Assembly: GCA_037130925.1 (NCBI GenBank)
Contig: JBAXSC010000001.1
Span: 176,182 to 240,181 of the forward strand
DNA: 64,000 nt
Direction of reading: 5' to 3'
From: Candidatus Nomurabacteria bacterium
Lineage (GTDB): Bacteria > Patescibacteriota > Minisyncoccia > Phycocordibacterales > UBA5272
Shown here: positions 36,180 through 46,871 of the stretch, piece by piece
Numbering within the stretch: position 1 is the first letter of the stretch
Layout of the letters: every line of letters begins with the position of its first letter
The notes under the pieces: model-generated
What the model saw: the letters and a program-made list of their open reading frames with translations, nothing else
What the model was told of the DNA's origin: nothing
The model's database searches: none
Program-made: the position numbers and the translations under genes

Positions 36180-38186
36180 TTATTTATATATACTCACAGG
36201 ATCAACTTCTAATTTAAAGCTCGTTAATAATTGATTCATTTTTTTAGCTAGATTTGTCGGATAAATTTTATTATCTTCCTCATATTCCCAGAATTCTTTT
36301 TTAATCATAATCATAGCAACATAATTTTTCGTAGTTTTTTCTTTCCACCAACTAATATTTTCTTTTTCCAATTTTTCTTCTTTAAAGATTTTTTCTATCA
36401 GATTTTCTATATCATTTTTTATTTTCAATTCTTTTTCTAAAAGTCTAAATTTTAATATTTTTTTAAACGGAGGAAGATCTAAAGCTTTTCTAGTATTAAT
36501 TTCATCTTCTAAAAATTTCTTATAATCATTTTCTTTCACATATTGCCATACATTCGCATCTGCTAATCTTGTCTGTATTAAAATATTTTCTTTAGTATTA
36601 CATTTTTCTTTTATTTCTAAAATGAGATTTAAAATTTTTTCATCTATATTCATTTCTGGAATTGAAAATAAAGTATCTAAAGAAATAATAGAAGCTAAAT
36701 CTATTTCTAGATTTTTTGAAAAAGAAGTTATAGCTAAATCTGTCCCAATGAGCACAGAAAGTTCTTCTTTTTGCCATTCTTTTATTATATCTTTAACTTG
36801 TTTATTGGTTTTTGCATTTTTTGAATCTAAAATAAAAGTTTTCCAGCCAATTTCTTTTAAGCTTTCTTCTATTCCTTCTACACCGATACCAATTGGACTC
36901 ATTCTCCAGCTTCCACAGTTTTTACAAAGCAAATTCTCTCTTTTCTCTAATTCAATTTTATTTTTACATCCTACACAGACGTATTCTCTGGTATTATTGT
37001 CTTTATCTTTAAATAAGACAAAAGGTTTGTCACATTTTTCACATTTTAAAATAGAATTACAATCCTGACAGATTGTCTCAGCTGACATTCCTTTTCTTTT
37101 TGTATAGAGAAATACTTTTCCAGATTTTTTTTCTCTTAAATTTTCTAATTTAAATATTAATTCTTTACTAAAATATACATTACTATATTTATAATACTTT
37201 TCTTCAGATTCGTCTGATATTTTAATAATTCTTTTTTCTAAATCTATTTTTTTTCTGCTTTCTTTTTCTTTAATCATGTCTATGATTTTTATTTTTGCGT
37301 GTTTTTTAGACTCTGATTCTATTATTTTATTTTTATTTAATTCATTAAAAGATTCTAAAGATAATATTCCTCCACTTAATAACAAATCTAAATTTAAATT
37401 CTTTGTTAAAGCTTTGATTATTTTTCTTCCATCAATTTGTTTCCTGGCACTGTGTGTAAAATAATTATAAGAGCTTTCTTTTTCTATAATTACTTTTGTT
37501 AAATTAATTTTATCTACCAAAATAAAAGGTAATAATGAAGTAGTTGATAAAATTAAAAAAGTTTTTCCATTATGAAGTTTTTTTATGTTTTCTTTTTGAT
37601 CTTTTTTTGTTTGTTGAGAGTTGAAAGATATTAAAAATTCTTTAAAATCTTCAGTTAATTCTTTTTTGAGATTTTCTAAATCATTTATAGTTGGGAAAAA
37701 TATCACAACAGATTCATTATTTTTTAATTTTTTTACTATTTCTTTTTTATAATAATCAATTCTTTCTGAAATCGGTAATAATAAAGCTTTGGTTTTGTTA
37801 TTTGTTTTAATATTCTCAAATTGTTCTATTTTCTTTTCTAAATAAATCAAAGGGGATTCGAAAATAAATTTCGGTATAAAATTTTCCAAGATATCACTTT
37901 CTCTAACTCCTGTTAAAAGGGAAATATCTTTTAATGCGTCAAATGATGTCTCAAACATAAAATTATCTGAAACTATTCTTTCTATTTTCTTTAATACAAA
38001 GCTTTGAGATTTTAAAGTCATTTTTTCATTTTTAGCATTTATGACATTTGTGACTATTCCAAAAATTTTGCGATTTCTGACTTTTATTTCGACTAGAGTA
38101 CCAATTATAACTTTGTCTTTAGAAAAGTAAGAGAAGTAGTTTTCTGGCAGTCCTGTAGCAATTGGTGAGACTTGGAGGATATACAT
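36180..38186 (-). CDS. priA: primosomal protein N' (PriA), degenerate helicase
   Basis: N-terminal 3'-binding domain, CQDC/CEKC/CVGC/CKNC Zn motifs, GIGVEGIEE, IQTR, LPPF. Confidence 0.85.
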   Translation of the reverse strand: MYILQVSPIATGLPENYFSYFSKDKVIIGTLVEIKVRNRKIFGIVTNVINAKNEKMTLKSQSFVLKKIERIVSDNFMFETSFDALKDISLLTGVRESDILENFIPKFIFESPLIYLEKKIEQFENIKTNNKTKALLLPISERIDYYKKEIVKKLKNNESVVIFFPTINDLENLKKELTEDFKEFLISFNSQQTKKDQKENIKKLHNGKTFLILSTTSLLPFILVDKINLTKVIIEKESSYNYFTHSARKQIDGRKIIKALTKNLNLDLLLSGGILSLESFNELNKNKIIESESKKHAKIKIIDMIKEKESRKKIDLEKRIIKISDESEEKYYKYSNVYFSKELIFKLENLREKKSGKVFLYTKRKGMSAETICQDCNSILKCEKCDKPFVLFKDKDNNTREYVCVGCKNKIELEKRENLLCKNCGSWRMSPIGIGVEGIEESLKEIGWKTFILDSKNAKTNKQVKDIIKEWQKEELSVLIGTDLAITSFSKNLEIDLASIISLDTLFSIPEMNIDEKILNLILEIKEKCNTKENILIQTRLADANVWQYVKENDYKKFLEDEINTRKALDLPPFKKILKFRLLEKELKIKNDIENLIEKIFKEEKLEKENISWWKEKTTKNYVAMIMIKKEFWEYEEDNKIYPTNLAKKMNQLLTSFKLEVDPVSIYK

Positions 38187-38391
38187 ATTTTATTGAATTA
38201 TATAATAAAATCAGAAAATAAAGAATCTATTTTGATGAATAATCTGAGTTTGTCAATTAAATTTTATTCTGCAATGAAATTTTATTTCCGCTATATTGCT
38301 TTCCTATTTTGCTTTAGAGTATAATTGATATATAAAAAATTGTGAGTGAAAATAAGTTTGTTTTTATTAATTTTTTAATCAAATTAAAAGT

Positions 38392-38589
38392 ATGACACCA
38401 GAAAATCAAGAAAACCAAATAGTAGAAAATTTATCAGAATCTACAGAAATTCTTAAAACAGATATTTCTTCACTTACAAATCTCGAAAAAGAAAGATTTT
38501 CAAGTCTCAATTTAAATGAATTTTTAAATATTTATAACATAGTTTCAAACGCCGCATTTAAATATTCAAATCAAAGTAAAATAAAATAA
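38392..38589 (+). CDS. small hypothetical protein
   Basis: 65-aa ORF with promoter-like upstream region and hairpin downstream. Confidence 0.5.
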   Translation: MTPENQENQIVENLSESTEILKTDISSLTNLEKERFSSLNLNEFLNIYNIVSNAAFKYSNQSKIK

Positions 38590-38618
38590 TCTTCACATAC
38601 TAGAAGATTATTTTTTAT

Positions 38619-38627
38619 TGTGGATAA
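38619..38627 (-). promoter_or_regulatory. perfect DnaA box
   Basis: TGTGGATAA (reverse complement of TTATCCACA) upstream of the 38719 operon. Confidence 0.5.
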
Positions 38628-38718
38628 AATTTAGTTTTATCTTTTTATGCGTGATAGAATAACTAAGTAATAAAAGCTACAGTTTTCTTATTTAAAAACA
38701 AAAATAATTATTAAAAAT

Positions 38719-39030
38719 ATGGATTACGACAATCAAGAAGACCAAGATCTTAATATTAAGATCAAAAATATTTTACACAAGTCAAATCTCTCTTTTGATG
38801 AGACTCGTGCATTTTTTGACGGATTGCAATATTTGCCTATTGAAGACAAAAAGCAATTTATAGAAATGATTAATCAGGATCCTGAGCTTATTTATCCTCT
38901 TTATATTAATTTCAAAGCTAAATTAAAAGCTTTAGAAGAAGATAGTACCGGCAGATCTTGGGATCAAATTGTAGAAGATGAAATTAAACAATTAGAACAA
39001 TATTTGAACAACAAAGGTATTAGTAATTAA
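38719..39030 (+). CDS. hypothetical protein
   Basis: 103-aa ORF, first of a tightly packed 4-gene run. Confidence 0.75.
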   Translation: MDYDNQEDQDLNIKIKNILHKSNLSFDETRAFFDGLQYLPIEDKKQFIEMINQDPELIYPLYINFKAKLKALEEDSTGRSWDQIVEDEIKQLEQYLNNKGISN

Positions 39031-39034
39031 AGTT

Positions 39035-39229
39035 ATGCATCATTTAGCGAAGATTTTTGTAATTATCGGCGGTCTTAATTTAGGTATTTTAGGTGTTGGA
39101 AAACTTATTGGAACTAAAAACGATTTAAATATGATCGAATTATTTCATTCTTTTTATCCTTTACTTCCAACAATACTTTATTTAATAATAGGCTTAGCCG
39201 CCATTGTTTTAATTTTTAAAAGATATTAA
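39035..39229 (+). CDS. DUF378 family small membrane protein
   Basis: VIIGGLNLG...YLIIGLAA. Confidence 0.8.
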   Translation: MHHLAKIFVIIGGLNLGILGVGKLIGTKNDLNMIELFHSFYPLLPTILYLIIGLAAIVLIFKRY

Positions 39230-39239
39230 TATTTAATAT

Positions 39240-39926
39240 ATGTTTCTTTTTGATTTTTCTAGTATTGGTCAGCCAGCCAAGACATTTTTAAGATTAATAA
39301 TATTTGTTATTATTATGGCTATTTTTTCTTTTGCTTCAGCAGAATATGCATATTATTTTGGAGATATTTTTCCTAAAAGTGAGATAGCTATTCAAAATGA
39401 AGTTGATCAAAAATTTTTGTCTTCTCTTAATTTTGAATATAAAATAGTAAAAGTCGTGGACGGAGATACTTTAGATATAGAAAGAATAGATGGAGAAAAG
39501 GTTTTAGGAATAAAAGATACAGAAAGTGTCAGATTATTAGGAATTAATACTCCAGAAACTGTTGATCCGAGAAAGCCTGTAGAATGTTTTGGAAAAGAGT
39601 CTAGTAACTATTTAAAAAATATAGCCAGTGGTAGAGATGTGGCTATAGAATTAGACTCAACACAAGGCAATCTGGATAGGTATGGGAGGGTTTTGGCTTA
39701 TGTTTATATTAAAAAAGAAGGTGTAAAAGATCAAAATATTTTCATGTTAAATAGTGATATGATTAAAAATGGATATGCTTATGAATATACTTATGAATTG
39801 CCTTATAAATATAAAGATGAATTTAAAATGTTAGAAACGGTTTCTAAAAATAATCATATTGGTCTTTGGTCTCCAAAAACATGCAATGGTTTAAAAACGC
39901 CAGTAGCTATATCTCCAACAAATTAA
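39240..39926 (+). CDS. thermonuclease (SNase) family protein
   Basis: VVDGDTL, VRLLGINTPET, DRYGRVLAYV, GLW. Confidence 0.95.
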   Translation: MFLFDFSSIGQPAKTFLRLIIFVIIMAIFSFASAEYAYYFGDIFPKSEIAIQNEVDQKFLSSLNFEYKIVKVVDGDTLDIERIDGEKVLGIKDTESVRLLGINTPETVDPRKPVECFGKESSNYLKNIASGRDVAIELDSTQGNLDRYGRVLAYVYIKKEGVKDQNIFMLNSDMIKNGYAYEYTYELPYKYKDEFKMLETVSKNNHIGLWSPKTCNGLKTPVAISPTN

Positions 39927-39933
39927 TAAACTT

Positions 39934-40665
39934 ATGAGTGATTTTTTTAAAAAAGTATTTTATACAGGATTTAAAATTTTAATAGCAATAGCTATTGTTT
40001 GGATAATATATTTTTTATTTGCTTTTCTTAGTCCAAATTCTATAGATAAAAACAATACGTCTAAAAATACAAATTCAACAACTTCTACTGTTGTTGTGCA
40101 AAAAGATAATAGAAGTTTGGGTTATAGAATATATGATGCATTATTTAATAATAGTTCTAAAAAAGATAATTCAGCAGCTGCTTCTTCGTCTACAGTAAAG
40201 AAAATTTCAAAATGGGGTAGCAATGACGCAAGTACTACTTATGTGTGGGGCAGTGGTAATTCAAGCCAAGTTTTTGGTGGTAGAAATATTTTCGGAGGTC
40301 ATACTATCCTTATTCCAAATATAGATAAATCTCCTGTTCAAAACATGATGATAAACAATTTTAATGTTAATTATTTTTCTCAAAATGACCTAGTTAACAA
40401 TGATTATATATCTGGTTTAATATATTCCGGATTTCAAAGTGAATATTTTTTCTATATAGATTTATATAATAAAGATGAAAAATTAGTTTTTTCTATACCT
40501 GCATATTCAGCTGTCGATTTAAAGAATAAAGGTTTTTATAATTTTCACGCTACATATAAAGATGGTTGGAATTTTTCTAAATACAAAGGAGAAGGTTATT
40601 TAGTTATCCATACAAATAATCCCGATGTTAATGGGGTTCTTGTATTAAAAGTTAATATTAAATAA
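39934..40665 (+). CDS. membrane-anchored hypothetical protein
   Basis: N-terminal TM, S/T linker, beta-rich C-terminus. Confidence 0.75.
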   Translation: MSDFFKKVFYTGFKILIAIAIVWIIYFLFAFLSPNSIDKNNTSKNTNSTTSTVVVQKDNRSLGYRIYDALFNNSSKKDNSAAASSSTVKKISKWGSNDASTTYVWGSGNSSQVFGGRNIFGGHTILIPNIDKSPVQNMMINNFNVNYFSQNDLVNNDYISGLIYSGFQSEYFFYIDLYNKDEKLVFSIPAYSAVDLKNKGFYNFHATYKDGWNFSKYKGEGYLVIHTNNPDVNGVLVLKVNIK

Positions 40666-40668
40666 TTT

Positions 40669-41130
40669 TTAATATTCTTTTTTAATTTCTTTCTCTAACT
40701 TTTCTATTTCTAAAGAAATTAAAGCATGTTCTTCATCATATCTATCCCTTTCTTCTCCTGTCTCATAAAGCTCTTTTCTTAAATCAGACATATCTTTACC
40801 AGAGCCATCTAATCTGTCATATTCTTTACTCAAGCTTTCATGTTCAGAAATAGATCTATTTAAATTATTTTCTAATTCTTTTGCTTCATTTTTTAAATTT
40901 TCAAGTTTTTTTGTTTTTTCTTTTTTATTTAATTCAAATATTTTTTCATCAAGCTCTTCTTCTTTATTTAAAAATCTTAAAGCAAGACCACTCATTGAGC
41001 TCTCAGTAATCTTTTTGTTTCTATAGGAATTTATTTCTTCTTTTATAGATAAAAGAGTCTCAAGACTAAGTTCTTGATCCGATTTTATATTTAGATCTTT
41101 CTTTGGGTTATTGTCAGATTCTAAAGTCAT
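40669..41130 (-). CDS. coiled-coil hypothetical protein
   Basis: E/K-rich 153-aa ORF. Confidence 0.65.
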   Translation of the reverse strand: MTLESDNNPKKDLNIKSDQELSLETLLSIKEEINSYRNKKITESSMSGLALRFLNKEEELDEKIFELNKKEKTKKLENLKNEAKELENNLNRSISEHESLSKEYDRLDGSGKDMSDLRKELYETGEERDRYDEEHALISLEIEKLEKEIKKEY

Positions 41131-41145
41131 ATATATAAGAATAAA

Positions 41146-41592
41146 TTATTTAACTAATTCATCAATTACTTCTTTTACAAGTGATCCGTCAGCGTTGCTT
41201 CCTAATTCTTTTAACATTGTTCCTACGAATTGTCCTTTTTTAGTTGGATCAATTGGAGATTCTGCTAATTTCGCTGAGATTTTTGTAACTATTTCTTCAC
41301 GAGACATTTGTGCTGGTAAGAATTCTTCAAGTACAACCATTTCTGCAGTTTCTGATTCTGCTAATTCTGGTCTTCCGGCTGTAGTAAATTGATCTATTGA
41401 ATCTTTTCTCTTTTTAACTTCTTTTTTAATAACTTTTATTGCTTCATCATCTGTTAAAAGATCAGTAGGCATTTTGCCTATCGATACTAATTCGTTAGTA
41501 AAAGCTGCAGAGAGCATACGAAGAACACCTAATCTGTCCATTTCTTTAGCTATCATTGCTTTTTTAATTTCTGCTTTTATGTTTTCTTGCAT
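41146..41592 (-). CDS. GatB/YqeY domain protein
   Basis: KKRKDSIDQF, GRPELAESE, FLPAQMS, ADGSLV. Confidence 0.93.
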   Translation of the reverse strand: MQENIKAEIKKAMIAKEMDRLGVLRMLSAAFTNELVSIGKMPTDLLTDDEAIKVIKKEVKKRKDSIDQFTTAGRPELAESETAEMVVLEEFLPAQMSREEIVTKISAKLAESPIDPTKKGQFVGTMLKELGSNADGSLVKEVIDELVK

Positions 41593-41713
41593 AGATTTGT
41601 TATTTGATTATTTTTGAATTATATCATAAAAGCTTTTAACTATAAATTCTTTTATTTATATTGACTAGCGTTTAATTGTATTTTGTGGTAAAATGGTTTT
41701 TATATATACAATT

Positions 41714-42736
41714 ATGTTAATAGATCATGTAATCTTAAGAGTTAAAGCTGGTGATGGAGGAACAGGCGTCGTAAGATGGCGTAGAGAAAAAGGAATTCCT
41801 TATGGAGGGCCAGCTGGTGGTGATGGAGGAAACGGCGGAGATGTTTATCTTCGTGTTGTTCAGGATATCCAAGCGTTGGATGATTATAAGAATAAAAAAG
41901 ATTGGGCTGGACCAAATGGCGAAGCTGGAAAGAAAAGAAGTATGTTTGGTGCAGATGCTGAGGATATGTATTTAAATATTCCTGTAGGATCAACTGTTTA
42001 TAATAAGACATACAACATTAAATATGAATGCAATAAAGTCGGTGAAGATATTTTAATATTACACGGAGGAAAAGGTGGACTTGGAAATGAGAATTTTAAA
42101 ACTTCTACAAATCGTGCCCCAGAAGAATTTACAAAAGGCACAAGAGGTGAAGATGCTGAATTTGAAATTGAATTAAAATTGATCGCTGATGCTGGATTTG
42201 TAGGCCTCCCAAGTGCCGGAAAAAGCTCTCTATTAAACGCGGTGACAAATACTAATGCGAAAGTGGGAAGCTATGCTTTTACGACTCTAGAGCCAAATTT
42301 AGGAGCTTTTAGAAAATTTATTTTAGCTGACATTCCAGGACTTATTGAAGGAGCTAGTGAAGGAAAAGGTTTGGGGCATAAATTCTTAAAACATATTGCT
42401 CGTACAAAAATTCTTTTTCATTTAGTTGCTGCAAGCGAGACTGATGTCACAACTTCATACAAAACTATTCGTAATGAATTAAAAGCTTTTGATAAACAAA
42501 ATATTGATAATGATCTTGTTTTAGATAAAAATAATTTACTTTCTAACAAAAAAGAAGTTATTATACTTTCAAAAGTAGACGAAATTACAGATCAAAAAGA
42601 ATTAACTAAAAAGATAGCAGATCTAGCCAAGGTTTCTAAACAAAAGAAAGAAGATATTATTTTAATCTCATTATTTGATGATAAAAGTGTTAAAGATTTC
42701 GAAAAGAAATTGGAAAGTATCTTAAAAGGGGAATAA
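41714..42736 (+). CDS. obgE: GTPase Obg/CgtA
   Basis: Gly-rich Obg fold (GGPAGGDGGNGG), GLPSAGKS, YAFTTLEPNLG, DIPG. Confidence 0.97.
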   Translation: MLIDHVILRVKAGDGGTGVVRWRREKGIPYGGPAGGDGGNGGDVYLRVVQDIQALDDYKNKKDWAGPNGEAGKKRSMFGADAEDMYLNIPVGSTVYNKTYNIKYECNKVGEDILILHGGKGGLGNENFKTSTNRAPEEFTKGTRGEDAEFEIELKLIADAGFVGLPSAGKSSLLNAVTNTNAKVGSYAFTTLEPNLGAFRKFILADIPGLIEGASEGKGLGHKFLKHIARTKILFHLVAASETDVTTSYKTIRNELKAFDKQNIDNDLVLDKNNLLSNKKEVIILSKVDEITDQKELTKKIADLAKVSKQKKEDIILISLFDDKSVKDFEKKLESILKGE

Positions 42737-42854
42737 TATTAAAAACCTATCAATAAAATGATAGGTTTTTAATTATTTATTACATATTGACAAATAAATT
42801 AACTATAATATACTTATTAAGTTAAAATTCTTTTTTAATTTTAAAAACGTTCGT

Positions 42855-43085
42855 ATGTGTGATAAAAATTGCGGTATGTGTATTTATTTTAAATATACAA
42901 CTAAAGGGAATTGGGTTAAAAGTGGAATATGTAGTCCTCAATCTGGAACAAAATTCAATAAAGATTTCTTTGATGAAAGTTGTAGTGAATTTTCTCCAAG
43001 ATTAACTTCTGATAATGATGACGATGATGATTTTTCCACAAGAGAAGCCTGGTCTATATATTCTTCTTCTTTAAGAAGTATTTAG
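42855..43085 (+). CDS. small Cys-rich hypothetical protein
   Basis: CGMC...C...C pattern; TTGACAAAT promoter at 42787. Confidence 0.6.
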   Translation: MCDKNCGMCIYFKYTTKGNWVKSGICSPQSGTKFNKDFFDESCSEFSPRLTSDNDDDDDFSTREAWSIYSSSLRSI

Positions 43086-43217
43086 AGTTTATTAAAATGT
43101 GTACAATTTAATTATTGTATGCATTTTTTGTTTATTTTTATCTATATTGACAAATAATTTAATTATATTATATTTAAATAGTTAAATTATTTTTTAAAAA
43201 ATTAAATCGTTCTTTTT

Positions 43218-43577
43218 ATGTACAAACTTTCATCTATATTTTCCAGTATACTACTTTTTAGTATTTTTTTAATTCTTTATTTGTGTTATTTAGATATTGA
43301 AAATAAGAATATTTTTATTTGTATATTTTTATTGCTTTGCTTAGTATTTTTTTTATTAAAAATAATTTATTCTTTTGTTGGATTTTTTAATCCAAATATT
43401 GGACTAATTAAAAAAGTAAAGGAAGAAATTGATTTTGATGAAGATTACTTAAGGTTTACTAAATTTGCACTAGAAGATAGAAATTGGAATCCTGAAGAAA
43501 TAAAAAGAGAACTTAATATTCAAAAAGGAAAACTTGAAAAGAAAAAAAGATTATTGGTAGTATTAAAAATGAAATAA
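43218..43577 (+). CDS. hypothetical 2-TM membrane protein
   Basis: TTGACAAAT promoter at 43147; two TM helices. Confidence 0.65.
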   Translation: MYKLSSIFSSILLFSIFLILYLCYLDIENKNIFICIFLLLCLVFFLLKIIYSFVGFFNPNIGLIKKVKEEIDFDEDYLRFTKFALEDRNWNPEEIKRELNIQKGKLEKKKRLLVVLKMK

Positions 43578-43639
43578 AAATTATTTTCATTTCTAATAAA
43601 AAGCCATCATGTTGATAAGACTGATGGTTTTTTTATATT

Positions 43640-45145
43640 TTATTTCAATTTTTCTTTAATTATTTCACTAAATAATTGAGGATTACCAGAACCTTTTGCT
43701 TCTTTCATTGCTTGTCCAACGAAAAACATAATTAATTTCTCATTTCCATTTGCAAATTGCTCTTTTAATTCATTCCACTGTTTTTCATTATTTGAAATAG
43801 CTGTATCAATTATTTTTTCAAGACTTTCTTTATCATTTTTCTGAATAAGTCCTTTCATGTCAGCAATTTCTCTGACTGACAATTCGTTTTCTGTCATCTC
43901 GAGCATATTATCAAAAGCCATTTCTGTCATCATAAATAGAATTAAATCTTTTGCTCCACGACTTGATAATTCATTAGTTATGAGCATGCTCATAATTTCT
44001 ATAAAGTCAGCTTCATCTACAAAATGAACCAATTTTTCTTTTTCTTCTTTTTGTAAAATTGAAGCAACATCAACACAGATATAATTCACAGATAATTTGA
44101 TTATATTTTTCTTTTTTTCTAAATCAAAATCATGTGTATTGATCTCTTTATTTACTTCGTTAAAGTATTTTGAAAGAGTTAAATTATTTAAAAGTAATTC
44201 TATATATTCTTCTTTTATATCAGCTTCTCTCAATTTATTTCTCTGTACATCAATATTTTCTGGAAGATTATTTTTTATTTCTTCTAAATTAAATAGAGAA
44301 TGTAAATATAATTTTGGTAAATCTGGATCAGGGAAATATTTATAATCCGCAGAAGATTCTTTTTTTCTTTGTGATACTGTCACTCTTTTATTTTCTTCAA
44401 ATCCACGAGTTTCTTGAACTATTTCATCTCCTTTTCCTGCTTCTAATAATTCAATATGTCTCTTTGCTTCATATCTCACAGAGTCTTCAACAGATTTAAA
44501 TGAGTTGATGTTTTTTACTTCAACTTTTGTTCCGTAAACATTTTTATCTTTTGTTACAGAAAGATTTACTTCAATACGCATTTGTCCTTTACTCATTTCC
44601 GCTTCACTAGCATCGAGAGTTCTTAAAATTAATTGTAATTCTTTTGCAAAGTCACTACTTACTTTCGCAGCAGTTTCAATATCGTCATAAGTCACAGCTT
44701 CAGTCACTAATTCCATCAAAGGAACTCCGGCTCTATTAAAATCTATTAAAGTATGATCTCCTTGATCATGAGTTGATTTAGCAGTGTCTTCTTCTAAATG
44801 AATACGAGTCAAAGGAATATTATTAATAGTTCCTCCTGATACTACTGGATATTTGTATTGAGTGAGCTGATAAGCTTTTGGCATATCAGGATAAAAATAA
44901 TGCTTTCTATCCCATTCTGTAAAATCAGCAATATCAGATCCAATATAAAGACCTATCTCTATCATTTTTTTAATAGCTTCTTTGTTTAAAGTTGGAAGAG
45001 TTCCAGGATGAGCCATGCAAACAGGGCAGACATTTTTATTTGGAGAGTCTTCGAGTGGTACATTTGCACAAGAGCAGAACATTTTACTCTTTGTTTTTAA
45101 TTCTGCATGAATCTCAAGCCCAATAGTTATATAGTATTTTTCCAT
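43640..45145 (-). CDS. gatB: Asp/Glu-tRNA amidotransferase subunit B
   Basis: IGLEIHAEL, HYFYPDMPK, HLEED, EVKNINSF, YKYFPDPDL. Confidence 0.97.
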   Translation of the reverse strand: MEKYYITIGLEIHAELKTKSKMFCSCANVPLEDSPNKNVCPVCMAHPGTLPTLNKEAIKKMIEIGLYIGSDIADFTEWDRKHYFYPDMPKAYQLTQYKYPVVSGGTINNIPLTRIHLEEDTAKSTHDQGDHTLIDFNRAGVPLMELVTEAVTYDDIETAAKVSSDFAKELQLILRTLDASEAEMSKGQMRIEVNLSVTKDKNVYGTKVEVKNINSFKSVEDSVRYEAKRHIELLEAGKGDEIVQETRGFEENKRVTVSQRKKESSADYKYFPDPDLPKLYLHSLFNLEEIKNNLPENIDVQRNKLREADIKEEYIELLLNNLTLSKYFNEVNKEINTHDFDLEKKKNIIKLSVNYICVDVASILQKEEKEKLVHFVDEADFIEIMSMLITNELSSRGAKDLILFMMTEMAFDNMLEMTENELSVREIADMKGLIQKNDKESLEKIIDTAISNNEKQWNELKEQFANGNEKLIMFFVGQAMKEAKGSGNPQLFSEIIKEKLK

Positions 45146-45149
45146 AAAA

Positions 45150-46061
45150 TTATTTTGACATTATAACATTTTTGTATCTTTTATTCCAAAGTATTTGTCT
45201 TTTTGCAAATTGCCAGATTTTATTTTGTAAATTTTCTACCATTTCATCATAAGATAATTCTTCTCTCAAGTACATTGTCACATATTTGTATTCTAGACCG
45301 AGTGAAAGTAGCCATTCATCAGAAACTTTTAATTTATTTCTTAAGAATTTAATTTCATTTACGAGACTATTTTTTCCTTTTGCCTCAAGTCTTCTTTTTA
45401 ATCTTAAATTTATTCTTTCTCTCAATTCTTCTTTGCTTTTATTTGTAACTACAAATTCAATTTCGTATTTAGGAATTTTATTTAATTCTGAGATTTCTAT
45501 TATTTCATTTTCTGATTTTTTACTTTCTAAAATCTCTATTATTCTTATTAATCTTCTTTTATTATTTCTTTCACTTGGATTTTCATTTTTTGTTAATTCT
45601 ATCCATTTATCTTTATTTAGTTTTTTAATTTGTTTTAAAAGATTTTCAAGAGTTTCATTTTCTAATTCTTTACGGAGTAGAGGATTTGGTTTTGCGTTTT
45701 TTGGAATTCCGTAAATTATAGAATCAATATAAAATCCAGTTCCACCACAAATTATTGGAGTTTTATTTTTAGCTAAAATTTCTTTGATTGCTTTATTTGC
45801 GAATTTTAAATAATCAGTCACAGTTTTTGTTTTTCCTGGTTCAAAAATATCAAGACAATAATGAGGAACTCTTTTCATTTCTACTTTTGTAATTTTTCCA
45901 GATCCAATATCTAAATATTTATAAATCTGACGAGAATCAGCAGAAATTATTTCTCCTTTTACTCTTTTAGCTATTTCCACAGCGAGATCACTCTTTCCGC
46001 TAGCTGTCGGTCCAACGACCACAATGATTTTTGGTAAAGTTTTTTTATTTCCTTTTTTCAT
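45150..46061 (-). CDS. miaA: tRNA dimethylallyltransferase
   Basis: GPTASGKS, ISADSRQIY, GGTGFY, FAKRQ. Confidence 0.96.
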   Translation of the reverse strand: MKKGNKKTLPKIIVVVGPTASGKSDLAVEIAKRVKGEIISADSRQIYKYLDIGSGKITKVEMKRVPHYCLDIFEPGKTKTVTDYLKFANKAIKEILAKNKTPIICGGTGFYIDSIIYGIPKNAKPNPLLRKELENETLENLLKQIKKLNKDKWIELTKNENPSERNNKRRLIRIIEILESKKSENEIIEISELNKIPKYEIEFVVTNKSKEELRERINLRLKRRLEAKGKNSLVNEIKFLRNKLKVSDEWLLSLGLEYKYVTMYLREELSYDEMVENLQNKIWQFAKRQILWNKRYKNVIMSK

Positions 46062-46180
46062 AAAATGAATAATAACATGAAAGTGATTGATTAATAAAGA
46101 TTTTTATAGTATTGACAAATTTATATTTAGGTATATAATATATAAGGATTAAATTTTTAAAACATATAAAATCATTTTAA

Positions 46181-46861
46181 ATGAAAAAGTTAGTATTGTT
46201 GTTTGTTATTTCTATTTCGATTTTTACTTTAAGTACTGTATTTGCGCAAAATCAAACAAAAGATTCTTCTGCCGAATGGCATAAAATGCCACCCACTTAT
46301 AAACAGTGGGAAGATAGTCAGGTTGTAAAAGATTCATTAAAACTTACTTCCGTGGAACTGTGTTCTGGAAAGGGAGCAGTTGCATCCGGCCTTTATGGTT
46401 GGACAACTTTTGAAAATAAAAAGTCTTCTTTGATGCTCACTTTGAGTGCGGAAGATCTTGAGGTTACTTACCTTAAGAAAATTTCAAAAACTTTTTCCAC
46501 TGGGCTGAATGTTGGATACTGGATTAACGTGCCCTATATTTCAGGGCAAATAACCTGGAGTCCTACTAAGTATTTTGGAACATTTCATTGGGTTGGTTAC
46601 GGGTTTGGGGATCCAGGAGGAAGTATTAGTGGACCAAGATTTTTCTTTTCAGTGCAACAGGCAACTGTGACATTGAATAAAAATTTGTCTGGCAATTATA
46701 CTCTTATCCATTATTTAAATAATATTCCAACTCATGTTGGTAATATTAAATATACAGGAAAAGTGAATAAAGACTTTTCTGTATATACCAATGTTGGCTG
46801 GGATTTTACCAAACAGAGTCAATTACTTCAGTTAGGTTTGGTTTATAAACCATTCAAGTAA
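46181..46861 (+). CDS. secreted beta-rich protein, outer-membrane beta-barrel-like
   Basis: Signal peptide ending VFA-Q; alternating amphipathic strands; C-terminal QLGLVYKPFK. Confidence 0.6.
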   Translation: MKKLVLLFVISISIFTLSTVFAQNQTKDSSAEWHKMPPTYKQWEDSQVVKDSLKLTSVELCSGKGAVASGLYGWTTFENKKSSLMLTLSAEDLEVTYLKKISKTFSTGLNVGYWINVPYISGQITWSPTKYFGTFHWVGYGFGDPGGSISGPRFFFSVQQATVTLNKNLSGNYTLIHYLNNIPTHVGNIKYTGKVNKDFSVYTNVGWDFTKQSQLLQLGLVYKPFK

Positions 46862-46871
46862 AAAAAATTTT

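Noticed and set aside
28231-38627. Replication origin
   Set aside because: DnaA boxes are single and kilobases apart; no dnaA/dnaN nearby.
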